Source: Tricharina praecox (taxonomy: Eukaryota). From it: a stretch of 64,000 nt of DNA. The stretch spans positions 62,001 through 126,000 of the forward strand of contig NW_026250434.1 of the NCBI RefSeq assembly GCF_024521635.1, read 5' to 3'. The notes below the pieces were generated by a model. It saw nothing but the letters and a program-made list of their open reading frames with translations. It was not told where the DNA came from and ran no database searches. The position numbers and the translations under genes are program-made. Position 1 is the stretch's first letter, and each line of letters begins with the position of its first letter. Shown here piece by piece: positions 36,101 through 47,262 of the stretch.

Positions 36101-37366
36101 GGCGCCCCCGCGAGCGCGCCGACAGTAGCCCCGTCGGTCGCTGTTGCCAGGCCACTACCACCACCACTGCCTCCCAGCACAACATGCTGAACTGTGTGTT
36201 TTCTCTTGTTGTAATTATCACGCCGGCTAGGCGACGCTTCATCTCCTCCCCCTCCTGCCCCTCCTCCTTCCTCGTCGGCAGATTCGGCGATATCCGTTAG
36301 TCGACGCTGTCGCAACGAGCTGTTGGATGACGATATGGATGCCGTGGCCGTGTGTGAGCCGCACACTGAATTGAGCGCCGCGTCGGTCAATTCCTTGGGA
36401 TCAGAGATGGTGACGATGGTGTCGTGCGGCGAGAATCGCTCGGCGACCAATTGGAAATGAACCTGCGATCGGGCTACCGAGCGATCACCACACGCGTGTC
36501 AGCAGGAAGCCCCAGAAAATTCGAAGAGTTTCATCTGGAGTATTTTTTTTCTTTCTTTCTCGTTTCTCGTGTGGAGATCTCCCTCCAATTCCCCACCACC
36601 ACAACCACCACCAACAGAACCCAATCCGAAACGAACGAATGAAGGGAACAAAACATGTAAACAACAAATAAAAAAATAAAAAAGAGGAAGAAGAAGAAAA
36701 GACCCTTTCCCACTACCCACACAACTGCTCCCCCTCTCCCTCTCCCTCCCCCCCCCCCCCCCCAGCTCCTGCGCGCGCTCACCTTTCAGAACTCTCGATG
36801 TCCCCTCGGGAATGCATTTGACCAACACATTGCGACGCCGGAAACGGATGAACCCGTATAGCGGCGAATCGTCTGGCTCCGTCGCAGCCGCCTGTCGCAT
36901 CTCGTCTGCACCATGGCTCCCCTTCTTCAGCAGCTCCACCTCGTCGCGCGAAATGTATTTGATCCATAACCTGCAGGGCGCACACGCAAAACCACCCGGT
37001 TAGCCAACCGGTTCCTCAAAAACGGCAATCCTCCGGTTCCTTCTCCTCCCGCTCCCGCTGTCGCTCGCACACGCGCTCTCCCCGCATTGCATCCCCTTTT
37101 TTCCTCCCCGTACGACCGCTAGCAGCTGCATAACTGCCCGGCCGCAGCCGCAGGCAGGCAGGAGAGCGACGTGTTGGTGGTGATGCCAACATGTTGTGCG
37201 TGTGTGCGAGTGCGAGTGTGCGCGCGCGTGTGCGCCCAGCGGAAAGGAAGCGAACGGCTTCGTGCGTGCGTTGCGTGCGTGCTTTTGCTTACCATCCTCC
37301 AGGCTCCGCTTGAGCATCCTCAAATGATTCCCACAGCTGTGTTGAGTCCAATCCCTCCAACGACAT
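33184..37366 (-). CDS. Conserved fungal protein: N-terminal ADF-H-like domain, long disordered middle, C-terminal PH-like domain
   Basis: Spliced model MSLEGLDSTQLWESFEDAQAEPGGW|LWIKYISRDEVELL..PLYGFIRFRRRNVLVKCIPEGTSRVLK|ARSQVHFQ..; C-terminal GSINVQLPDTMLWKRRYMKID. Introns 37292-36971, 36782-36474, 33495-33439 and 33269-33210. Domain names are inferred from motif pattern. Confidence 0.8.
35331..35400. repeat. Coding (GAA)n microsatellite, poly-Glu
   Basis: (TTC)17 at 35350-35400 plus a shorter run; an adjacent (CAA)n poly-Gln tract lies at about 35431-35467. Confidence 0.95.
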
Positions 37367-37900
37367 CTTCCCATTGACTTTGGGCTTCCTTCGCGGCGGC
37401 GGCGGCGGTTATCGATCGATCCGTGGGCAGGAAAAGGCGGCCGTTCGGTGCGTGTGTGCGTCCGTACGCGGGTTTATTAGGTATTGGGTTATTAGGTATC
37501 CGGGGGGGCGGGTGGACGGGTTCGGTCGAGGGTCAGCGTGAGCGTTTCGGCGTCGGCGTCGGTGAGCGGGCGGGGCGGTCGTCGGTTTGAAAATGAGCGT
37601 GGGTTGGGGGTTGCGAGGAGTCCGTCTGTGCTCTCGGGGTGGTCGTGGAGAGTTCGAGTTCGATTTCGAGTTCGAGTTGAGTCGATCGGTGGAGTCGGTC
37701 GAGTCGGTGGTCGAGTCGAGTGAATGGGTTCGTTCGTAGTGTGCGCTGTAAGTCAAAGTCGTGGGTCCGTGAAATCCGAGCGACGTCCGTATTCGTCCCG
37801 TTCCTTTCCAGTAAGAGTTTTTTCCCGTTGCTTTTCTTTTTTTTTTTCCTTTCCGCTTTGCAGGCGACTAAAGATTCGTAAAACGGCGTCCGAAGAAGTG

Positions 37901-38011
37901 TGAGAGAGTGTGTGTGTGCGTTCCGGAGAGAGAGCACGCGCGAGAGAGCGAGAGAGAGAGAGCGAGAGAGAGCGAGAGAGAGCGAGAGAGAGAGAGAGAA
38001 GAGAGAGAGAG
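37901..38011. repeat. Compound (GA)n/(GT)n microsatellite
   Basis: Interrupted GA dinucleotide runs upstream of the ADF-H-like gene. Confidence 0.9.
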
Positions 38012-39748
38012 AACAATAGAGTAGCAACGATCGAGTAGAAGGAGCTGTCGACAGGGCTTCGGGGAGTAAATCAAAAAAAACAAGAAGCGTGTAAACCCAC
38101 AGCAGCAGCAGCTCTTTGATCGCTCTCGCTCGCCTCACCCGCTTTTGCCAAGCGGGGATCCGTACCGCAGCTACTGTCGAGTCCAGTAGAGTAGGCCGGA
38201 ACAGAGTGCTGTTCGGGAAGGGGGTGGGGGGCGGTCTGCAGAGTACTAGGTGTCTATGGTGGGTAGAGTACCTATGATGGTAGTATATCTAGAGTGCCGG
38301 TATGTAGTTCCTAGTGGTCCAGGCCTCACGATCGATCCAAGTGTCTCAATCTCCTTCTCCCGGTCTCTTCAGCGACTGACTCGCCGTGGTTGTGGTGGCG
38401 AAGGGTGGTGGTGGAGAGTGAGTGGAAGTGATCGAGAGACTCGCCACGCGAATGGGGAGAACGGACGACGACTTTGTTCTGGGGATTTTACACACAGCCC
38501 CTTGGACGGCTTCCTGGGTGGATAGAGTGTGTAGGTATGTACCGTGTGTACATGTAGATGGTAGATACGTGCAGCTCTCCGATCTTGCACCCTGCCCGTG
38601 GACTCTGCATGAAGTACGGTACTCTATCGTGGTATGATGGTCCATGGGTAGGTACTATGCTATGATACTATCAATATGCTGGCTGGCAGGCTGCTTCCTT
38701 ACTTGCCACCTGCAGCCAGCATCTTGTCGATTCCATCGTGTGAAGAAACGCAGGAGTGCAGTACGTGCGACAGTATGAGAATGTGGGGCTCGGTGGGAGG
38801 GGCAAGTATCTACAGAGGTACTCCATGGAGAGCAAGTATGAGGATACTATTTGCTCTAACCTCCTTCCCCTCTACCATCATCTACTTGCCTACTATATGC
38901 CATGTACTACCTAGGAGTAGCTCCGGAGTAAACATCTTCCTCATTGGACTCACTCATCACCTCTGCAGCCCCCTATCCAGAAGGATGAACAGGCCACCAA
39001 ACGATGGGGCAAGTGCAAGAGAGAAATTCGGTTCAACTGTACCAAGCATCGTCGCATACGGTACGGCCTTTGCAGACTACCTACCGGCATTGCGAGTCCA
39101 CGAGGCTGACACGCCGGTACCGAGGCATGTCGACTCTCGAGTCTCAAACGTCTCGATTCAGGGCTTCTCCGGATTCCAATACAACTATGTAATTGGTTAT
39201 TAATCCCCAATCGACAAGTACATACGAGCAGAGCAGGTAGAGTAACCATCTAGCCATCTACAAATGCATCGGCCGGCCTCAATTCCATCATCAGTGAAAC
39301 GAATGGGTAGTTACTATTACCGCACCGTGCGTATCTATAGTAAAGGTATAGATAGTAATAGGCCCTACGCAGTACCAGCCCTCTCCCTGGATACCTAGAT
39401 AGAAAGGTACATCATGTATCTATATAGTAGTAGGCCCAGAGCCCTCTCCAGCCGTCGAGTCTCCACTTTCCAGCTGGCGACATCCAGCAGCGGCGGAGAT
39501 CCATCCCATCACCCATCATCCCAAAGTCCACACCCTGCACCCTCCCTCCCCTTTTCCCCCCCATCCCCCGGCCAAAAAACCCCTAACCCGCCTCCTCGCG
39601 AGTCGCGTGGCGGTTAACCTTGCACATGCACACACAACTAATTCCCTCCCTGGGCCCACCCCCGTCGCTCGGTTCCTTGCATATGTTTACTCGAGTATAT
39701 ATGTCGAGTACTCTAGCAGCCGAGATGGGGGAATGCAGGTCATATGAA

Positions 39749-39856
39749 GGCAGGCAGGCAGGTAGGCAGGCAGGCAGGTAGGCAGGCAGGCAGGTAGGCA
39801 GGCAGGTGGGCAGGCAGGTCAGACGGTCAGACAGACAGACGGTCAGACAGACAGAC
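39749..39856. repeat. Compound tetranucleotide microsatellite (GGCA/GGTA then CAGA)
   Basis: Directly visible tandem units. Confidence 0.9.
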
Positions 39857-41875
39857 GGGTAAATCACCCACCCACCACACACCTGGTACCCGCATCCGCC
39901 TGCGAATAGAGTGGAGTATGTATGTAGGATGCGGCTACCTACGATACCGGTACCTGCCTACTATGTAGATAAGTGGTAGGTCATCCGTGAGCACGTCCGT
40001 TCCCGCAGACACAATAATAACAGCAATAGTAATAACAATAATCCCATCCAAACTCCATCTTCCCTGAACGCAGCCGCCCATCTCCCATATCTCATCTCCT
40101 GCCTACTTTTACCCAGTAGTTACCCCGCTCGCCCAGCTACGCACCTTACAGTCCCCCATACATAGCCCGCATCTCCGGGGCCCGCCCAGACAGTGCCCAC
40201 TGCCCACTGCCCACTGCCCACAGCCCACAGCTCAGCGATACCGCTTCCAGCTCGATCTTCCAGCTCGATTTTCCGGTTGATCAAATCGGTCATTGGTGAT
40301 CACTCGGGAAGCACATCCGTGCTCCCAATCTCGATCGATAATGAGTAGGTAGTATGCGTGCTTCGGTTGTTAGCGCGGCGGATATGATCCACAGGGACGG
40401 GGGGGGAGAGATGATGGGGAGGGGGAGGGCGAGATCTGGGGGACGGGAGGGGAGGTGAGGGGGGGAAGGGGGGGGGGGGGTGGCTGGATACCTCGGTAGG
40501 TAGCTGTTCGGTGGACTATGGCATTACCATAGTAGTATAGCCTTCTTGACTAGCCGAGTAATTTGACGGACGGGCTGGCGCGGCTGCGGCGTGGACAATT
40601 TTCTAATAGTACTACATACTGGAGTGAATAGGCGCTGTGGGGAGTGGCAACCACAACTCGATGCGTGAATGCGTTGATAAATTCGAGATGAGCACATACC
40701 GGTTCACACACGTCAGTAAACCTCAATGGGTCAACGACAACCCATAATCTATCTACTAGGTATTATAGTAAGTACCCCCGCCCATCTTTCCTTGATCATG
40801 TCTTGAGTCTCGACCTCGCTCCAACCGGTAGATATTAGAGTACAGACAACCATCCTCCCTTCGTCACGGATCCACAGACCTGCCCGCCGAGAAGGATCCT
40901 ATGTATCTAGCGGGTAGAGCTGCAGCCGCAGAGCCATACATACTCTACTTACTTCCATTCACCCTAGCCGCCTAGGAGGTACAATTCCAACTAGATGTCG
41001 GTTCGGAGGGTGCTCGTTGATACTACTTATACTAGTATTCACACGATATCACTCGCTCGAGTCCATGGCGGTTTTTTTAACCGGAGATGGATGACACTGG
41101 AGAGGTCGGTATCAGATCAGGTACCGCCTATATCAACTGGATGAATACCTGGGACCAGAGTAATACACCCAAATCACTATGATCCGCACAGTCGACAGTC
41201 GAATGCGAAATCATGAAACAAAACCAAAACCAAAACCATCAAGGACAGGTAGTGAAAATAGGTATAGGTACTGGTAGGTCCGTCCCGCCCACCGCAATTG
41301 CAATATCCCGAGTATTACAGCAAGAATAACTTCTCATCGGCAGCATTGAGGACTGCTTCTAGCCTCTCGCCCCGCATCATGACATGTACTCTAATGTTCA
41401 TCCATAATGAAAATGTTGGTATGTACGGGCTCATGCCACCGAGGGCTGATCGATCTTGACGGATCATGATGAGACTGTTTATCGTCCTACGATAGGATAG
41501 AGGTTTCATCCACTCTAACGCCGCACCAGTTCGAGTTCATACGGACCAAGAAGCACTTATTATGTAGAACCCGCCAATTCCATTCTCTCTCTCTCAAGCA
41601 ACTGCGCACCACCGACCAAAGACCCACCCCCACTCGTGGATCGCCAAATTCATCGACCAATCCCAACGCCCGCAGAAGAAACACCCTAATAATACAAACA
41701 CGGATATGATATGGAGCGATCCCTAGACAGGAAAGAAAGAAAAAGAAAGAAAAAGAAAAAGAAGAAAGAAAAAGAAAGGTAAAGGATGGCAGGAAAGAGC
41801 GATCCCTATGGACAAGAAAGAGTAGAAGGAAAAGTAAAAGTCAAAGGAAAGCAGAAGAGCAAATCGGGCCGGCAT

Positions 41876-43569
41876 CTAATTCCTCTGCGCCCAGCCCCAG
41901 CCCCACCTCCTACCGTTAGTCTCACCACCGTCTCTCATATCCTCAGCCTCGAATCCGTTACCGTCCTGCCTCCAGCAGCGGGCCTGACAGCCGTCGGAGA
42001 CGGTAACGAGATCGTGGTTCATGGTCCAGGCAACGTCGGTAACCTCCCTATCGTGACCACGAACGAGGGCCACGCCCTTTCCGACCTTGAGGGTGCTGGC
42101 GAGAGCATGTTCTCCGTCCTTATATCTGAAGTTGGCGGAGACACGGGGGTTGAAGTAACGCTCTTCGGTCGGGAACACGACGCCGACCTGATCGGACGAG
42201 CCGGTGGCGAGGAATTTACCATCGCGGCTGATGTCGCACTTGACGTAGAAAGTTTCGGCGTGCAGACGCGGATGGCTGTAGGCGTGGATCGGGCCCTTGG
42301 AGAGATGGCGGGGCGCGTACGCGTAGACGTTGGAGTCCTTGCACACGGCGTACATCCTCTGGCCGTCGGGCGAGATCGTGAGCGAGCTGATGCCGTAATC
42401 TCTGTACTGGTTTGGCGGCAACGCGGAGCTCTCGACTGCCTGCGGATTCTTCTTGCGGAAGACGCGCGAGCGGAGATCCCAGACCTTGATTTGCGCATCG
42501 TGCTCGCAGGTGGTCGCCACACGGTGCTCGTTCATCCACACCGCCGCTGTGACGGAGTTCACCTTCGGCTTTCGACCGGCTGTGGTATGGACCCCACGGA
42601 TGCATTCGACCGGCTGCAGGACCGTGACGACATCGCGACCTTCCGAGATCTTCGTTCCTGCCACACGCAAGTCCCAGATGTTGAGGGTTCCATCGCGCGC
42701 ACTGGACGCAAGCATGAACGGGTTGTGCGGGTTGTATGCGATCTGCTTGACGCTGTTCTGGTGCTGCTTCAGCTGGTACAGCTGTGTCTGCTTGGTGACG
42801 TCAAAGACGCGGCACAACTGGTCTCCGGACGCCGTGGCGAGCTGGAGGTCGTCCGGAGACCACGACATATCGAAGATGGCATTTTCGTGGCACTGGAAGG
42901 AGAGGAACTCCTTTATGAATCCTGGCTTTTCGTCTTTGGCGGTCTCGACTAGACGCACACGGCCCATTTCGTCACCGATGGCCACCAACGAACTACGGTT
43001 GCAGGCGGCGGTACTGAATGGCAAACATTGATCCTCGTTCGAAGAGATGGGGAGCTCGTCCACCGGCCGGGAGTAGAAGTTGAGTGGTTGCGTAGCCCAG
43101 TCTGCACTACGCGTTAGCCACTAGCGCGACACGGTCTGATCTGAGAGAGAGTAAACAAACTTCCGGGGTAGAAACTGGTGCGCCCGAGTGCTGGATTGTA
43201 GAACCCGTCCATACTCTTCATGAAAAGATGGTACTGAAGGGAAGGTGGCATCTCTCTCGGAGCAGCCTTTGGTTCCTCTTCTTCCATCTCGGCCTCTAGT
43301 TTCGACTCCGCTCCCCGTTCAAGATTCTGGGTTGGTGACGGACTCTCATCTCTGCTCAGGCGAACCCGCTTGCTGCACCGTTGCGACGGAGACTCTTCTG
43401 GTGAAAGCAGATGTGCGCATGCCGATCTGGCATTGCTTCCTATTCCGTTAAGGATTCGGCGTGGTGTAAAGAATGGATGCACCGCGTTCGAGGACGAGGG
43501 TGTTTTGGCTCCCGGAGGTGACGGCAACGAGGACGCTGAGTCGGTCTTCGAAGAATTGGGGGCTGGCAT
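41876..43569 (-). CDS. CDT2: WD40 protein Cdt2/DTL (CRL4 substrate receptor)
   Basis: AIGDEMGRV, HENAIFDMSWS, LATASGDQ, ASSARDGTLNIWDLR, IKVWDLR (DxR motifs), YGISSL, TFYVK, GHDREVTDVAW and TVSDG match the Cdt2 family. Intron 43160-43102. Confidence 0.88.
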
Positions 43570-46002
43570 GGTTGTGGAGGTTGTGACACTGACAGAAGCA
43601 AAGGGTGAATGGTAGACAATGGTAGAGAAGGTATATGTGAAGGTAGAGCAAAGCCCTACTTCTGGAAAGAAAAGATGTGAGTTGCAGAGAGAAGACTCGC
43701 GTAAAGTGTTGTGCGAATACAAAGAGTGAATAGCGAGTACGCTAACCCCTTTAGATTATACCCTTATCTACTTTAGGTTGTGTGTTTATCGCGTCGTCGA
43801 GATGTGAAGACGCGGCTGTCACACAGGCAACAACAAACCCTAACCTCCAGTTGATCTACGAATGATATTCTGTGATGTATACCAACCACTAGTTATCTTC
43901 ATGGTTCCTCATAGAATGCTAGATTACGGTAAAGCACCAAACAGATGGCCGAGGATGTGGGATTCGTGATATGTCAAGATGCAGTCTGGTATAAAGACTT
44001 GACTTTCATAGTGGGTCACTAGAGGTGGGACTGAGTGCCCCGGCACGGTGCCCAGTTGATCACAACGGCAAAATGACAAAGATTCAACCATTCGTTCCAC
44101 AGTAGTGTCCAGTGAAGTATATCAAGAAGGAAGGATCAAAAAAGAAAGAGAGAAATTGAGTATAGAATTTGTTCCCTGGCACTTGTAACCTAGGTAGCTA
44201 GATTTCTACACATAGCCACTCCTGACGACCCACTGCAAGCGCAAGGACCACAAACAAAAGTACCCAACAAGACAGAGAGAACTGAAGTCTTTGTTTTGAG
44301 AAGAACCACTTTGCTAGACTGTATTGGGAAGTAAATCTGTTGTTTGAACCTTTTGGCATATATACTCCACTGTCCGTGCCCTCTCTTAACACGCATTTGA
44401 TTGCTTCATCGCCCACCTCATCGGAATTTGAGCTTGTCATCCAGAGTGAAAATATTCCCATCGATCCTGTCCCTATTATCCCACTGTCTTCCTGCCATGT
44501 ACGGCAATAGAAGTGAGACCAGACAGGTGGAGAACATGCCCCAGGACCTTGAACAGCGAGCAATGGACATGCACATAAGGCATGCAGGAGAGGTGCGTGG
44601 GTGAAAGACCATAAGCTGGGGGTGAGGGACTGTAAATGGTAATATGCCCGTAAGCACATAGCTATTTCGGACCTATGTAGGGTATATGCCAAAACCAAAA
44701 CCTGTCATCCTTCATTTGCTGACCCAATTGATTCCGTCTCATCCGAGGCATTCCCGATGACGGACTGGACGCCCCATCCACAAGCCTGATTCAGCCCCCC
44801 CTTATTCAAGTCTTCTTCGGTGGTGTCTGCGGCCATTCGTGGTTAAGCGGTCCGATGAGGTGAACTCGCGGCCGCCAGAGCTCGTCTCAGTTGGCTTGTC
44901 TTTGCACCTCTCAGAGTGTTCGCTTTGTCATAAAATCTTCCATTGCAAAAGTGCCTGGTTGCATAACAGTTCTTCCATTGTTTTTATCTTTGTCCAAACC
45001 AGAGTTCCCGATCGTCCGTCCGCCAGTCCGTCCTACAGGGCCCAGCAATGTGGTCCCGTTTCGAGTGGACCGGACTTGTTGGAGGATCCCCGGTTACCTA
45101 CCAGGTAACCCGCCAGGACTGATGAGTTGGGGGTGAGACATGTACGTATCATCAGCCCGTTCGGACCTATGCAAGATGAGCATTTAAGTGGACCGCTGGG
45201 AGTCGTATGAGACGTTCTCGGGCAAATTGACCAAAGGGCCATATCAGAGCCGATGAGTGAAATTCAGAGATTTGGAACCGTCGGAAAGGCAGCGGAAGCC
45301 ATAGGGAGATCGATGGAAGAATCTTAGGTACAGCCGGAATTCATCTGTATTCTTGGTGAGGACAGACGGAAACTGTAGGTACTTCAATCCTGCATAAGAT
45401 TTACCCCGTCTTCCGCAAGCCATATTTTGAAAGCCCCACAGTATCAGTCTGGGAGGGTCCGGACTATTGGACGGATGTGACGGGCGTCTGGGAGCTCTGG
45501 TCCAACCCCCGGAAACATGCACTGGCAGCTTATGTCTCTCGGAAAGAACCGTGCATTCGTCGACACTCTCCTCTTTCCTTGGGACCGGACCAACGGATTG
45601 ACGAGCCTCTCCCCAATCTAGAACGGCTAGAAACGAGAAAGATCGGGGTCCGTATCGGTACTTATCGCAATGATTAGCATTGACAAGCACAGGATATAAA
45701 GGTTGCCGGAAGTTCCAATGGACGGGTAAGAGAGAGGGGGAGAGACAGAGACAGGGAGAAGATTGAAGAAGACGGAAGGCGAGCATACGCTGACGAGCTG
45801 CACGGCAAGTTGTCGTACCCAGCCTTGTAGTCTCGACGTTGCTGAGTTGGAATGAGTGTAAGCAAGTGACCAATGGGAAAGGTGAGAGGAAGGGAGTACT
45901 GGATGGATTGAGCAGTCAAAAGAGGAACTTACCCTGCTTAAGACAAAGACCATGAATCGGACGAGGTGGACGGCTTTGTCAAGGCCGACGCTGAACTCGA
46001 AG

Positions 46003-46887
46003 GCCTGGAGGATGCCAGCAGGTGTCTGAGCCAGGTAACCCTAACCCATACATAAAGGTTGGTGGGGAGCAGGTGGGGGAGTTTTAAGCTTTATTGCCTT
46101 CTCGCTTAGCTCATCCCTGCGCCCAGGAGGGGCCGTTGTTTGTGGCAGGTTCCAAAAACTGTCGCTTGTGCAGCTGCACAATAAAAATGAGGCGACACAG
46201 GGACACTGTGCTCGAAATTAAACCGTGAAGACTAAACGACACTCTGTGTGCAGAATTCCATGCCTTGAACCAAGTCCAAGGAGGACGATGGGCCGATTAT
46301 TCGACACTGGATGGTCTGATTCCACTCCGAAGAGCGGAACATCAACTACAATCTCGACACGAAAGTTGTTGATATCAATGGGAAGACTGACGGCTTTGAT
46401 ATGAAGATTGGTATGAAGATTGATGATGTCAATTCCTTGCATATCAGACGGCTGCCTTCCGCTGCACAGGATCCTCTCTCAGTTGTCACGCTTTCCTATG
46501 TACATCCCCTTCCTCAGGAGGGGGACCGTTTCCCTTCGATTTAAAGCCTCGTCATGCCGACCGACTTTCGAAAATCGAATAACACGTGCAGTGGAACCTT
46601 GCAGAATAACGCTCGTCATCTTCGTCCTGTCGTCCAACCTGGCCAGGAAGGTGTTACGACAGGATGCTGTGTATCGATGAATTTCCAAGGCTACAGCTTT
46701 GTTTTTACTTCTCATTAATAGAATCTATTTAATCTCTCTGACTTACGGACGGTTGGAGCTATCATAATGATGGAGTCATTCGACAGAGATAATACACAAC
46801 CAGTACACCAACCTCCCAATGGTTAATTCCAAGGCATGTCTTGGCAGACCAATTGTCCGCTGATTTTGGCTCCAAGAATCATGGAGT
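46003..46887 (+). ncRNA. Candidate telomerase RNA (supported core only; transcript ends unknown)
   Basis: Hairpin 46003-46036 abuts template TAACCCTAACCC (46036-46047). Pseudoknot-capable U-rich/A-rich segment 46079-46197, three-way junction 46616-46680 and Sm-like ATTTTGG 46863-46869. No recognisable protein-coding gene here. Confidence 0.65.
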
Positions 46888-47262
46888 GGTGCTTATCCTC
46901 TCTTTCCGACTGAGGGCTGGGTGTAGTGTATCTACTGAAAAGTTCGACGATGATGTGTATGCGAAGCGTTAAGGGGTTTATTGAACAATGGTCATTGATC
47001 GGAGAACTGAACCACCACGGAATGTTATATTTGTGTCTCAGAGATGTCCACTGCACGCAGTGCACCAACCGGACTTGGCAATGACTTTACTGTCACGAAT
47101 GTCCCTTTCCGGCAGCGTTACATGGCCGGACGTTCCACAGCATGCAGGCGGCAGCTGCCAGCAGCTCCGCACAGAAATAAACTCCAAATTCTCAATCGCA
47201 CCCACCACCCTTTATAAGTTCACACCCACCAATTCCATCCGACATCTTCTCCTCAACCAGCA

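Noticed and set aside
41466..41472. C-box-like ATGATGA (also GTGATGA at 61231)
   Set aside because: No D box (CTGA) at snoRNA distance and no terminal stem.
41786..42952. 388-aa + strand ORF (also 4438-5223, 21326-22297, 28220-29317, 51056-51892)
   Set aside because: Antisense shadows of real, GC3-biased genes.
43836..43845. AACCCTAACC (and CCCTAACCC at 39581) as alternative telomerase templates
   Set aside because: Shorter, and I saw no abutting boundary hairpin or downstream pseudoknot-like segment. Better read as telobox-type promoter sites or chance.
45627..46053. Minus-strand intron-like signals (GTAAGT, GTATGC..GCTAAT) and ATG GGT TAG as an editing-rescued gene
   Set aside because: The spliced product is short, stop-ridden and unrecognisable. 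At most an antisense transcript.
46270..46544. Protein-like + strand frame with TGA interruptions (pseudogene)
   Set aside because: No recognisable family; it overlaps hairpin-rich sequence better explained as ncRNA.
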